A stretch of DNA of 64,000 bases, taken from the NCBI GenBank assembly GCA_050732635.1, contig JBOHRE010000003.1:1924-65923 (forward strand). The letters run 5' to 3'. This document shows positions 43,110 to 52,190 of the stretch, in pieces. The number at the start of each line of letters is the position of its first letter. Position 1 is the first letter of the stretch. The DNA comes from Longimicrobiales bacterium. GTDB lineage: Bacteria; Gemmatimonadota; Gemmatimonadetes; Longimicrobiales; RSA9. The position numbers and the translations under genes were made by a program. A model generated the notes under the pieces. It saw only the letters and a program-made list of their open reading frames with translations, made no database searches and was not told where the DNA came from.

Positions 43110-43127
43110 GTACATGCTGGAGTGTAC
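43110..43127. promoter_or_regulatory. Palindromic GTACA-N8-TGTAC element abutting the lexA start (speculative LexA operator)
   Basis: GTACATGCTGGAGTGTAC was read directly. It overlaps the GGAG SD and ends 1 nt before ATG 43129. No known LexA-box consensus was matched with confidence. Confidence 0.2.
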
Positions 43128-43128
43128 C

Positions 43129-43737
43129 ATGCCCGTAACCAAGCGGCAAAAGGAAATTCTGGATTTCCTGCAGACGTATCTCGAGGACAATGGCTACGCG
43201 CCGAGCTACGAGGAGATCGCCAAGAACTTCGGCTTCTCCTCCCTCGCCACCGTTCATGAGCACCTCGAGAACCTGCGCCGCAAGGGTTACATCAGGAAGA
43301 ACTACAATGAGAGCCGCTCGATCGAGCTCGTGCCGATGGGGCTGCGCATCGCCGCCGTCGAACTGCCGCTGTACGGGCGCGTCGCCGCCGGTGCACCCAT
43401 CGAGGCCGTCCAGGACCAGGAGTCGGTCGCGGTTCCCGAGGACATGCTCGGCCGCGGTGGGCACAACTACGTGCTGCGTGTCGAGGGCGACTCCATGATC
43501 GACGAGCAGATCCGCGATGGCGATTACATCATCGTCAACTCACGGCAGCTGGCCAACAATGGTGAGATGGTCATCGCGCTCGTCGATGGCGATTCCGCCA
43601 CGCTGAAGAAGTTCTATCGCGAGGCCGATGGCCGCGTGCGACTGCAGCCCGCGAATGCGACCATGCGGCCGATGTTTTTTCGCGCCGATCGCGTGCGTGT
43701 GCAGGGCATCGTCGTCGGCGTCTTGAGGAGGTACTGA
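43129..43737 (+). CDS. lexA: LexA repressor
   Basis: MPVTKRQKEILDFLQTYLEDNGYAPSYEEIAKNFGFSSLATVHEHLENLRRKGYI (wHTH), GRVAAGAPIEA (Ala-Gly cleavage site), VEGDSMID (Ser) and ATLKKF (Lys). Confidence 0.95.
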   Translation: MPVTKRQKEILDFLQTYLEDNGYAPSYEEIAKNFGFSSLATVHEHLENLRRKGYIRKNYNESRSIELVPMGLRIAAVELPLYGRVAAGAPIEAVQDQESVAVPEDMLGRGGHNYVLRVEGDSMIDEQIRDGDYIIVNSRQLANNGEMVIALVDGDSATLKKFYREADGRVRLQPANATMRPMFFRADRVRVQGIVVGVLRRY

Positions 43738-43759
43738 ATACCGTCGACGTGGAGGCATC

Positions 43760-43930
43760 ATGGGTGAGGCGAAGGTGCGCGGCGGCCAACCGCTCGAACG
43801 GTTGGCGCCCAGAAAGCCGCTCGTTGTCGGATTCCGTACGCGACGGGCGACCACCGTGCTGTTTCCGCGCTCGAAACCTGCGCCGCTGCGCGGTCCCTGG
43901 ACACTGCAGGCGGTCATCTCCGCAAACTGA
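43760..43930 (+). CDS. Candidate 56-aa ORF directly downstream of lexA
   Basis: GGAGG lies 5 nt upstream of ATG 43760. Encodes MGEAKVRGGQPLERLAPRKPLVVGFRTRRATTVLFPRSKPAPLRGPWTLQAVISAN. Too short for the ORF track. Third-position GC is only moderately high by eye and no homology was recognised. Confidence 0.3.
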   Translation: MGEAKVRGGQPLERLAPRKPLVVGFRTRRATTVLFPRSKPAPLRGPWTLQAVISAN

Positions 43931-43952
43931 CGCGCGACAACGGCGGAAGCCC

Positions 43953-44999
43953 TCACCGGCCCGCGCTCTCCGAAACCTCGCGCAGCTCATCGAGCTTGGC
44001 GGCGGCGCTGCCGGCGTCGAGGGCCTGCTCCGCGCGTAGGATACCGTCGGCGATGGAGTCCGCGACACCGGCGACGTAGAGCGCGGCGCCCGCGTTGAGC
44101 GCGACGGCGGCGCGAGCGCCGGGCGGGCCGTTCCCGGCCAGGATCTGCACGACCAGCTTGCGGTTCTCCTCGGGGCTTCCGCCCGCGAGGTCTTCCAGCG
44201 CAAAGCCCGACCAGCCGAAGGCGGCCGGCTCGAGGCGCAGCCGCCGCACCTCGCCGTGTCGCAGCTCCAGCACATCCGTCTCGCCAACGGGGCTCAGCTC
44301 GTCCATGCCGGGCGCGCCGTGAACGACGAGCACGTGCTCATGACCGAGCTCACGTAACCCGTGGGCGACGAGCTCGAGCAGCCGCGGATCGGCAACGCCG
44401 ACGACCTGACGTCGGGCTCCCGCAGGATTGGTCAGCGGTCCCAGCAGGTTCATGATCGTGGAAATGCCCAGCTCACGGCGCACCGGTGCGACGTGGCGCA
44501 TTGCCGGATGCAGCAGCGGCGCGAACATGAACACGATGCCGGTGCGATCGAGCACCTCCGCCATGGCCTCGGCCGAGAGCTCGATGCGGACACCCAGCGC
44601 CTCGAGCACATCCGCGCTGCCGCAGCGGGAGGTGAACGAGCGGTTGCCATGCTTCGCGATGCGTGCGCCGGCGCCGGCGGCCACCAGTGCCGCGGCGGTC
44701 GAGATGTTGAAGGTGGTCAGCAGCCCACCGCCGGTCCCGCAGGTGTCCGTCACGGCAAGATCGGTGGACACCACGGGAATCATGGCACCCCGCAGCGCCC
44801 GAACTCCTCCGGCGATCTCCGTGGCCGCTTCGCCCCTCGCACGCAGTGCGGCCAACAGCGCGGCAACCTGCACCTGGCTCGCGCGGCCGGCCATCACCTC
44901 GCCGAATGCACGCTCCGCCTCCTCGACGGTCAACGCGCGCGCAACGGCCAGCGCGATCAACTCGCCCAGCGACGGGCCTTCGGCCGGGTCAGTCGTCAT
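43953..44999 (-). CDS. trpD: Anthranilate phosphoribosyltransferase
   Basis: DTCGTGGGLLTTFNISTAAALVAAGAGARIAKHGNRSFTSRCGSADVLEALG. Confidence 0.95.
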   Translation of the reverse strand: MTTDPAEGPSLGELIALAVARALTVEEAERAFGEVMAGRASQVQVAALLAALRARGEAATEIAGGVRALRGAMIPVVSTDLAVTDTCGTGGGLLTTFNISTAAALVAAGAGARIAKHGNRSFTSRCGSADVLEALGVRIELSAEAMAEVLDRTGIVFMFAPLLHPAMRHVAPVRRELGISTIMNLLGPLTNPAGARRQVVGVADPRLLELVAHGLRELGHEHVLVVHGAPGMDELSPVGETDVLELRHGEVRRLRLEPAAFGWSGFALEDLAGGSPEENRKLVVQILAGNGPPGARAAVALNAGAALYVAGVADSIADGILRAEQALDAGSAAAKLDELREVSESAGR

Positions 45000-45040
45000 C
45001 CAGCGATTCTAGTCGCTCCCCCGCGCTGGCGGCCAGGCAA

Positions 45041-45199
45041 TCACCGCGGAGCGCGCAGAGTACGCCGAGAAAGCAACGACCAGTTCACCGCCGAGGACGC
45101 GGAGCACGCCGAGAAAACAACAGCAAAATATGTGTGGCTCACCGGCGTTTGGCGGGAGGCCGGTGGAGCTCCGCGTGCTCGGCGTGCTCTGTGGTGCAT
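45041..45199 (+). repeat. REP-like repeat cluster: two direct motif copies plus one inverted copy
   Basis: TCACCGCGGAGCGCGCAGAGTACGCCGAGAAAGCAAC (45041-45077) and TCACCGCCGAGGACGCGGAGCACGCCGAGAAAACAAC (45085-45121). The inverted copy is GAGCTCCGCGTGCTCGGCGTGCTCTGTGGTGCA (45167-45199). The arms can pair over at least 12 bp. Confidence 0.5.
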
Positions 45200-45428
45200 C
45201 GACGTAGCCTCAGCGCGCTCGGCTCGTCATGGTCACCGAGTGAGGCCGGCGCGGCAACGATTCGTTGCCATTCAGGGGAGCGCGCGCTGGGCCGCGGCGC
45301 GCCTAAGTTGTTGGCCCGACACGGGTTGGGCGGATCCGTAGGGGGCGGCACACGGTCTGCCTTTGTAGCGGCCAGCGAGCCGACGAGAATCGATCGCGCG
45401 CGCCTTCTCCCTAGCGAACAGGTGCTTC

Positions 45429-47306
45429 ATGCTGGTGTCAGAGTACGGCTTCAGTCCGGCGGTGCCACTTCGTGCGCTGCTGCTGTCGCTGGGCGCGCTG
45501 GTGGTGCCGGTCGTGGCTGCGATCGCGCTGCCGGAGGCGATCGACGAGTACGCGATCCTGTTATGGATGCTGGCCCTGATTCCGGCGCTGCTGCTGGCGT
45601 ATTACCGCGGCTGGCGGGGCGTGGCAACCGCGCTGGCCGGAGCAATGGCGGTCCTATCGCTGAGCCAGGCGGCATTGCACACCCTCGACGCGAGTCTGGC
45701 GAACCGGCCGCTGCTGATTCTGGTGGTCCTAGTGTTCGCGGCCGTCGCGATTGCGATCGGTTGGGTGACCGAGCTACTGCACCGGGAGCGCGCGCTGGCC
45801 CAACAGAGCGCGGTCGACGTGAACCTGCTGCTGACCGAGGAAGGCACGATCCGCTACGCGAGCCCTTCACTGCACCGCGTGACGGGATTCGCGTCGGCGC
45901 AGGTGGTCGGCTCCGGGCTGTCACGCCTGGTGGTGGCCGAGGACATCGAGCGGCTGAACGCGGTTCTGGAATCATCGGAGGAGCTGGCGAAAGCGCATGT
46001 CCTGCGGCTGCGATCCGCCGACGGTAGGGTACGCTCGTTCGAGGCGGGGTTCGCCGACCATCGATCGGATCCGTCGTTGCGGGGCGTCGTCATGAGTCTG
46101 CGAGACGTGACGGAGCGGCGAGAGCTGGAGGCGCGACTCGCGGAGACACAGCGGATGGAGGCAATCGGCCGGCTCGCCGGCGGGCTGGGGCATGACTACA
46201 ACAACCTGCTGACGGCGATCCGGAGTCGTACGCGGTTTCTGATGACCGATCTCAGCGCCGACGATGCCATGCGCGAGGAGCTGGAGGAGATCGATCGAGC
46301 CGCAACCCAGATCGCGGTGCTGACGCGCCAGCTGCTGGCCTTCAGTCGACAGCAGCTGTTGCAGCCACAGGTGCTGGATCTGAACGAGCTGGTAACGGAG
46401 ATGGGCCTGGTGCTGCGCAAAGTGATCGGCGAAGGCGTCGACTTGAAGTTGCAGCTCGGCGCCGATCTGGGCGCCGTGCGCGTGGACCCCGGCCAGATCC
46501 AGCAGTCGATCATCGACCTGGCGGTGCATGGCGGCCAGGCCATGGCTGACGGTGGGCAGCTCGAGATCCGTACAGCAAACGTCCACCTCGATGAAGCGTT
46601 CACCCGTCGATTCCGCTACCCGGTGAAATCCGGCGATTACGTCCTGCTGTCGATCAGCGACACTGCGCCTACCTGGACCAGCGAGGCGCGGGATCGGATC
46701 TTCGAGCCGTATTTTACGACGACTCTGAGCGCGCAGTCCGAGGGGCTAGGCCTCGCCACGGTCTACGGCGTCGTGAAGCAGAGCGGCGGATACATCTGGG
46801 CCGAAGACGGGCCGGGTGGCGGGAACGTCTACAACATCTACCTGCCGCGTCTGAGCGGCGCGTTCGAGCTGCCGCGGATCCGCACGCGCGAAACCGACCC
46901 AAGCTCGGCGACCGTGCTGGTCGTCGAGGATGAGGACGGCGTGCTGTCCGTCGTGCGTCGCGCACTGCTGCGAGCCGGCTATCGGGTGCTGGACGCGCGC
47001 CACGGCGAGGAAGCGCTCGAGATCGCCGCGGCACACCGCGGTCGTGTCGACCTGTTGCTGACGGACCTGATGATGCCTGGCCTGGGTGGCCGCGACCTGG
47101 CGGCGCGCCTGATGCCGGATCATCCGGGCATGGCCGTGCTGTTCATGTCCGGCTACACGAAGGATGCCGCGCTACGCAACGACCTGATCGACGGCGAGGG
47201 CGAGTTCCTGCCGAAGCCGTTCGGTCCGGAGGAGCTGCTGGCGAAGGTGCACGAGGCGCTCACCCGTGGCCCGCGAGAAGGAGCGCTATGCCCGTCCGCG
47301 ACCTGA
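45429..47306 (+). CDS. Hybrid sensor histidine kinase (N-terminal TM segments, PAS, HisKA, HATPase_c, C-terminal receiver)
   Basis: Four to five N-terminal helices. PAS-like EEGTIRYASPSLHRVTGF. H-box LAGGLGHDYNNLLTAI. ATPase GLGLATVYGVVKQSGGYI. Receiver TVLVVEDEDGVL...VDLLLTDLMMPGLGG. Confidence 0.9.
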   Translation: MLVSEYGFSPAVPLRALLLSLGALVVPVVAAIALPEAIDEYAILLWMLALIPALLLAYYRGWRGVATALAGAMAVLSLSQAALHTLDASLANRPLLILVVLVFAAVAIAIGWVTELLHRERALAQQSAVDVNLLLTEEGTIRYASPSLHRVTGFASAQVVGSGLSRLVVAEDIERLNAVLESSEELAKAHVLRLRSADGRVRSFEAGFADHRSDPSLRGVVMSLRDVTERRELEARLAETQRMEAIGRLAGGLGHDYNNLLTAIRSRTRFLMTDLSADDAMREELEEIDRAATQIAVLTRQLLAFSRQQLLQPQVLDLNELVTEMGLVLRKVIGEGVDLKLQLGADLGAVRVDPGQIQQSIIDLAVHGGQAMADGGQLEIRTANVHLDEAFTRRFRYPVKSGDYVLLSISDTAPTWTSEARDRIFEPYFTTTLSAQSEGLGLATVYGVVKQSGGYIWAEDGPGGGNVYNIYLPRLSGAFELPRIRTRETDPSSATVLVVEDEDGVLSVVRRALLRAGYRVLDARHGEEALEIAAAHRGRVDLLLTDLMMPGLGGRDLAARLMPDHPGMAVLFMSGYTKDAALRNDLIDGEGEFLPKPFGPEELLAKVHEALTRGPREGALCPSAT

Positions 47307-48418
47307 AGACGGACTCCGTCATCCTGATCGTCGACGACGATGCCGGCATCCGCCGGATGCTGGAGCGGGTCCTAGGCAGCGCCGGCTACAATCGGGTTCA
47401 CGCGATTGCGGATCCGGCCGAGCTGCCGACGCAGGTCCGTGCGTTGTCCGCGGACCTGATCGTGCTCGACCTGCACATGCCGAACATCGACGGGTTCGAC
47501 GTGCTGCGCGCGCTTCGGTCCGAGGTCGGCGCGGAGGAGTACCTGCCCGTGCTGATGATCACCGGGGATCTGAGCCGCGCATCGCGGAACCAGGCGCTGT
47601 CGATGGGCGCCAAGGATTTCCTGACCAAACCCTTCGATCCGGACGAGGCGCTGCTGCGCATCTCGAACCTGCTGCTGACGCGGATGCTGTACTGCGAGAT
47701 GAGCGATCACCAGCGCGTACTCGAGCAAAAGGTTGCGGCGCGTACGCGTGCGCTCGAGGCGGCACAGATCGAGATCCTCGAGCGGCTGGCGCTCGTCTCC
47801 GAGTTCCACGACGAGCAGACCGGCCAACACATTCGCCGGGTCGGGACCCTGGCAGCGTTGCTGGCCAGGACGCTACACCTGCCGGAGCCCGAGGTGGAAT
47901 TGATCCGTCGCGCGGCGCTCCTGCACGACGTGGGCAAGGTCGCAATCCCGCCGGACGTTGCTCAGAAGCGGGGTCGCCTGACGCCGTCCGAATTTCAGTG
48001 CATGGCGAAGCACACGACGATCGGGGCGCGGCTGCTCTCGAACAGCCGGTTCCGCGTGCTACGCAAGGCCGAGGAGATCGCGCTGCGGCACCACGAGTGG
48101 TTCGATGGCACCGGCTACCCCGAAGGGCTGGCGGGAGATGCGATTCCGATTGCGGGGCGCATTGTCGCGGTCGCTGACGCCTTCGATGCACTGACGCACG
48201 AGCGCCCGTACAAGGGCGCCTGGTCGGTGCAGGATGCGCTGCTCGAGATCCGCCGCGAGACGGGCACGCACTTCGATCCGGTCGTCGTCGACGCACTGCT
48301 CGCGTTGCACGGCGAGGGTGTGCTCGCGGCGCTGGACGAGCCGCTCAGCGACGCGCGGGCACAGGCGCAGAACCGCAGCGAGCATGGCGCGCTCGCAGCG
48401 CTCGTGGCCGCACCCTGA
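47288..48418 (+). CDS. Response regulator with HD-GYP phosphodiesterase domain (RpfG-like)
   Basis: Receiver VILIVDDDAGIRRML...ADLIVLDLHMPNIDG. HD-GYP region has ALLHDVGKVAIP and HHEWFDGTGYPEGL. Confidence 0.9.
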   Translation: MPVRDLKTDSVILIVDDDAGIRRMLERVLGSAGYNRVHAIADPAELPTQVRALSADLIVLDLHMPNIDGFDVLRALRSEVGAEEYLPVLMITGDLSRASRNQALSMGAKDFLTKPFDPDEALLRISNLLLTRMLYCEMSDHQRVLEQKVAARTRALEAAQIEILERLALVSEFHDEQTGQHIRRVGTLAALLARTLHLPEPEVELIRRAALLHDVGKVAIPPDVAQKRGRLTPSEFQCMAKHTTIGARLLSNSRFRVLRKAEEIALRHHEWFDGTGYPEGLAGDAIPIAGRIVAVADAFDALTHERPYKGAWSVQDALLEIRRETGTHFDPVVVDALLALHGEGVLAALDEPLSDARAQAQNRSEHGALAALVAAP

Positions 48419-48424
48419 CGCGAC

Positions 48425-50368
48425 TCAGGCTTCGGGCGGTACCAGCCGGATCGGTACGCGTGCGCGCATCGTGATCGGCCGGCCACCCGCCCGGCCGGGC
48501 TCGAAGCGCAGCGAGGACGCGATCTGAAGCGCGGCGCGATCGAGGCCGCCGTCGCCCGATGAGCTGGCGATACTGGCCTCCGTCACGCGGCCCGTGCCGT
48601 CCACGGTCACGATCAGTGTGAGCGGGCCGGGCATGCGCCCGCGCCACTGGTAATGCGGGCGCAGCAGCTCCGCGATCTCGCCGGCGTTACGCAGCACTGG
48701 CGCTGTCACCGTCTCACTCGCCAGCACTTCCTCGCCGAGCATCCGCCGCGGCGGCTGGAGCAGCCGACTGGATACCGGTGCACTCACATCGAAGGAGTTG
48801 ATCGCCGCATCGATTTCGGCGTCGGGTGCGTTCACCTCGGCCGGCGGCGGTGGCAGCCGCGCGGGCTCGCTCGCGACCGTCGCCTGTGCCGGTGCTGTCT
48901 CCAGCGGAGCAGGCGCCTCAGAATCTGTCTCCTCCGGCGCCAGCGTCGTCGAGTCCAGTGGCGGCAGCGGCCGGGCGATCTCCGCTTCGGGGGCAAGCGT
49001 AGGCTGCCCCGTGGCCATCCCATAGCTGGCTGCGAAGCTCTGGACCTCGTCCGGCGGTCCGTTTCCGTTCGAGGGCCCCAGCTCGATCGCCGCGAATGCG
49101 GCGCCGCCGCCGATGAGCACCGCCGCGATACTCGCGGCGAGCACGCTCGGCCGGGACCAGCGCCGCCGTCGGGGCGGCCGATAATCGAAGCGGACTTCGT
49201 CAACGACGGCCAGCACGTCGAGCGGCTCGTTGGGCTGCTCGGCAGCGCTTTCAGCGGTGACCTCTGCCTGCACCGGCGCGGCTTCCTCCTCGGCATCGAA
49301 GAAGGTCAGGCTCGGCGTTGGTAGCGGCTCACGATCGGCCAGCCGCAACGCCGGCGGCGGCGCGACCGCAGGAGCAACGTCGGGCGCGCCGGCACGATCG
49401 GCGGCCACCGGCGGCTTCTGCAGCGGTGCACCAGGCAGACGGTATTGGACAGTGAGTGCGGCTGCGTCGTCGCTCTCGACATCATCGTGCAGCAGCTCGA
49501 TGGGCGCTTCCAGTGCGGCGTCGCGCCGAGCCAGCGGGCTCAGATGCGCCAGGAATGCCGCGGCATCCGCCCAGCGAGCGCTCGGGTCCTTCGCGACCGC
49601 GCCAGCAATAGCGACCTGGAGATATACCGGCGTGTCCGGCCGCAGACTCATGAGCGACGGCAACTCCTCATTCTTCTGCTTATAGATCACACTATAGATC
49701 GTCTCACCATCCCACGGCCTCGCGCCGGTCAGCATCTCATGACCGATCAGACCGAGGCTGTACAGGTCGCTGCGACTGTCGAGCTCGCCGCCATCGATCT
49801 GCTCGGGCGACATATACGCCGGTGTCCCGATCACCACGCCCGACAGCGTGACGTTGCTCTGCGACTGCAGGCTCTTGGCGATGCCGAAGTCGGAGATCAG
49901 GGCCCGGCCGCTCGTCTCATCAATGAAGATGTTCTCCGGCTTCAGGTCCCGGTGCACGATGCCCTGGCCATGCAGGTAGTTCAGGCCCGACGCAAGATCT
50001 CGCAGGATGGATTCGACCAACACGAGCGGCAGTGCGCCGCGCTCCCGCAGCAGTTCACGCAGCGTGCGACCAGGCGTGTGTGACATGATCAGCGCCAGCC
50101 CGCCATCTGGCAGTCGCTTCGCGCTGTAGACCAGCACAATGTTGGGGTGCTGGAGCCGCGCCAGCAGCCGGGCTTCGCGCTCGAAACGCGCACGCGTGTC
50201 CTCATCGGCGCTGCTGCCGTCGCGCACTACCTTGATCGCGACCTGCCGGCCCAGCTCTCGGTCTCGTGCCAGAAAGACCACCGATACGCCGCCGCGGCCG
50301 AGCTCCGAAAGGATCTCGTACTCGGCGCCCAGTGCCGCTACCGCCGACTCCATCGAGTACATCATCAT
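48425..50368 (-). CDS. Ser/Thr protein kinase with a TM segment and a C-terminal TonB-C-like domain
   Basis: Kinase motifs GRGGVSVVFLA, VAIKVV, HRDLKPENIFI, DFGIA and TPAYMSPEQ. TM segment PSVLAASIAAVLIGGGAAFAAI. C-terminus GPLTLIVTVDGTGRVTEASIASSSGDGGLDRAALQIASSLRFEPGRAGGRPITMRARVPIRL follows the TonB C-terminal domain pattern. Confidence 0.85.
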   Translation of the reverse strand: MMMYSMESAVAALGAEYEILSELGRGGVSVVFLARDRELGRQVAIKVVRDGSSADEDTRARFEREARLLARLQHPNIVLVYSAKRLPDGGLALIMSHTPGRTLRELLRERGALPLVLVESILRDLASGLNYLHGQGIVHRDLKPENIFIDETSGRALISDFGIAKSLQSQSNVTLSGVVIGTPAYMSPEQIDGGELDSRSDLYSLGLIGHEMLTGARPWDGETIYSVIYKQKNEELPSLMSLRPDTPVYLQVAIAGAVAKDPSARWADAAAFLAHLSPLARRDAALEAPIELLHDDVESDDAAALTVQYRLPGAPLQKPPVAADRAGAPDVAPAVAPPPALRLADREPLPTPSLTFFDAEEEAAPVQAEVTAESAAEQPNEPLDVLAVVDEVRFDYRPPRRRRWSRPSVLAASIAAVLIGGGAAFAAIELGPSNGNGPPDEVQSFAASYGMATGQPTLAPEAEIARPLPPLDSTTLAPEETDSEAPAPLETAPAQATVASEPARLPPPPAEVNAPDAEIDAAINSFDVSAPVSSRLLQPPRRMLGEEVLASETVTAPVLRNAGEIAELLRPHYQWRGRMPGPLTLIVTVDGTGRVTEASIASSSGDGGLDRAALQIASSLRFEPGRAGGRPITMRARVPIRLVPPEA

Positions 50369-50395
50369 TGTCAGACCTCCTGCTGGGCGCGCGTC

Positions 50396-51403
50396 CTAGC
50401 GGATGGCGACCAGAAGCGTGACGACCAGCCAGATCAAGAACCCCGATACCACACTCAGCCATGCGAATGCATCCAGCGACAGCCCGCGCGGCCAGCTCCG
50501 GCGCGGCCGTACCGCCTCTGACGACGCCAGGATCGGCCGCGCACGGCCTGCTCTCGATGCGGGCGGCAGCGCAGCGCTCGGCTGCGCCGCCATGTCGCGC
50601 GCGGGCGCGCTGGGCGCGCTCGCCGCCGCGACGGCATCCGGCGCAGGCCCTCGAAGCGATGCTGCAGCGGGGGCCTTTCCCTCGAACAGCAGACCGAACT
50701 CGAGGATGGCCACCGTCACATTGTCCGGAGTCCCGCGCGCCACAGCCAGCTCCGCCAGCACGCGAGCCGCCTCCAACGGCGCCGACGTCTGCAGTGCTGC
50801 GGCACGGATCTCCTCGTCCTGCAAGGTACCGTGCAGCCCGTCGCTGCACAGGAGCACTGCGCCCGCCGCATTGACTTCGTAGGGCCCAAACAGGTCGACG
50901 TCGACCTCGAGCTTCGGCCCCACCGCCCGCAGCAGAACATGCTTGAAGGGCGAACGCTCGGCCTCCTGCGGCGATAGCGCACCATTGCGAACGGCCTCAG
51001 TCACGAACGAATGGTCGACTGTAAGCCGCGTGATGCCCGACCCGTCGAGCCAGTACGCGCGACTGTCGCCGACGTTGGCCACCTCGAAGCGGCCACCGTC
51101 GCGTAGCACGGCGACCAGCGTCGTGCCCATCCCCTCACAGCCATCGCGATCGGATTCGAAGCACACGGCTTCGTTCGCCAGCCTCACCGCGTCGCCCAGG
51201 GCCGCGCCGCACATCAGCTCACGCTCCAGCGTCGCGATCGCCGTACGACTCGCGATCTCACCGCCGCCATGGCCGCCCATGCCGTCGGCCAGACAGGCGA
51301 GCTTGCGCCGGTCGTCCAGTGCCAGGATCGCCGCCCAGTCCTCGTTCGAGCGACGTGGGCCCTGCAGGCTGAATGCGCCCGAACGATCCCCGTATACGCT
51401 CAC
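50396..51403 (-). CDS. PP2C-family Ser/Thr phosphatase with C-terminal TM anchor
   Basis: SLQGPRRSNEDWAAI, LADGMGGHGGGEIAS and CSDGLHG. GTG 51403 overlaps the FHA-gene stop as GTGA, and is preferred over the track start 51544. Confidence 0.85.
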   Translation of the reverse strand: MSVYGDRSGAFSLQGPRRSNEDWAAILALDDRRKLACLADGMGGHGGGEIASRTAIATLERELMCGAALGDAVRLANEAVCFESDRDGCEGMGTTLVAVLRDGGRFEVANVGDSRAYWLDGSGITRLTVDHSFVTEAVRNGALSPQEAERSPFKHVLLRAVGPKLEVDVDLFGPYEVNAAGAVLLCSDGLHGTLQDEEIRAAALQTSAPLEAARVLAELAVARGTPDNVTVAILEFGLLFEGKAPAAASLRGPAPDAVAAASAPSAPARDMAAQPSAALPPASRAGRARPILASSEAVRPRRSWPRGLSLDAFAWLSVVSGFLIWLVVTLLVAIR

Positions 51404-51831
51404 CTGCCGCACCGGAACCGCAGCGTTACGGCACCGAGACGCATCTCCGTTCCCTCGTTCAAGATTCGCCACTCCCCGGGCACTCGCAGCTCCGTCCCAT
51501 CCACGATCACCGGGTTGGTCGCCGACAGATTTTCGATCCGCCACCCCTCTTCCGTGCCGAGCAGGCGCGCATGGACCCGGCTCACCGTCGGCGACGCCAA
51601 CTGGATGTGCGGCCCTCCGCCGCCCGGCGCACGACCGATCGTCACGATCGGCCGCGCCTCACCCGCTGCTCGCACCAGTCCGAATCGCGCACCGCGGCCC
51701 GGGCCCCCCACGACCTCCAGGTAGCCGGGCAGCAGCTCCATCATCTGCGCGGCCGCATCCCGCTCATCATGGTTCGACGCCGCCGGCACGGGCGGCTCCA
51801 CGCCGACCGGCCAGGGCGCTGGCTCTGCCAT
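51400..51831 (-). CDS. FHA-domain protein
   Basis: VTIGRAPGGGGPHIQLASPTVSRVHARLLGTEEGWRIENLSATNPVIVDG. ATG 51831 (MAEPAPWPVG) is preferred over the track start 52017. Confidence 0.8.
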   Translation of the reverse strand: MAEPAPWPVGVEPPVPAASNHDERDAAAQMMELLPGYLEVVGGPGRGARFGLVRAAGEARPIVTIGRAPGGGGPHIQLASPTVSRVHARLLGTEEGWRIENLSATNPVIVDGTELRVPGEWRILNEGTEMRLGAVTLRFRCGR

Positions 51832-52143
51832 GCGCGAGCCGCGCTGCTCAGAACGTTGAATCGGAAACACGAGTGGGGGATCCGCCGCCGCGCTCCGTTT
51901 CGGGCGGCGTCCCCGCCTCAGCACCGAGAGGAGTCGCCGGATCAACACTGCCCCGAACCGCGTCGAATCACCCAGCACGCGGCAGAATGCCGCGCTCCAC
52001 CCGCACCACCGGCGCAATCCGCATACCCCGGATCGTGCGCCGATGCATCATCTCTAAATCGTTGTGTCACCGGTAGTTACAATCTCGAGCGGCCAGCCGG
52101 CGGCGCCGCCTTTGGCGCCGTATGTTGCGCGCGCGCCACAGGG

Positions 52144-52188
52144 CCCCGCCCCCGCGCCCGACCCTCCCCGCCCCCGCCCCCGCCCCCG
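52144..52188. repeat. C-rich tract with repeated CCCCG/CCCCCG runs (G-quadruplex-prone on the minus strand)
   Basis: ccccgcccccgcgcccgaccctccccgcccccgcccccgcccccg was read directly. It is intergenic, between the FHA operon and truA. Confidence 0.8.
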
Positions 52189-52190
52189 TC

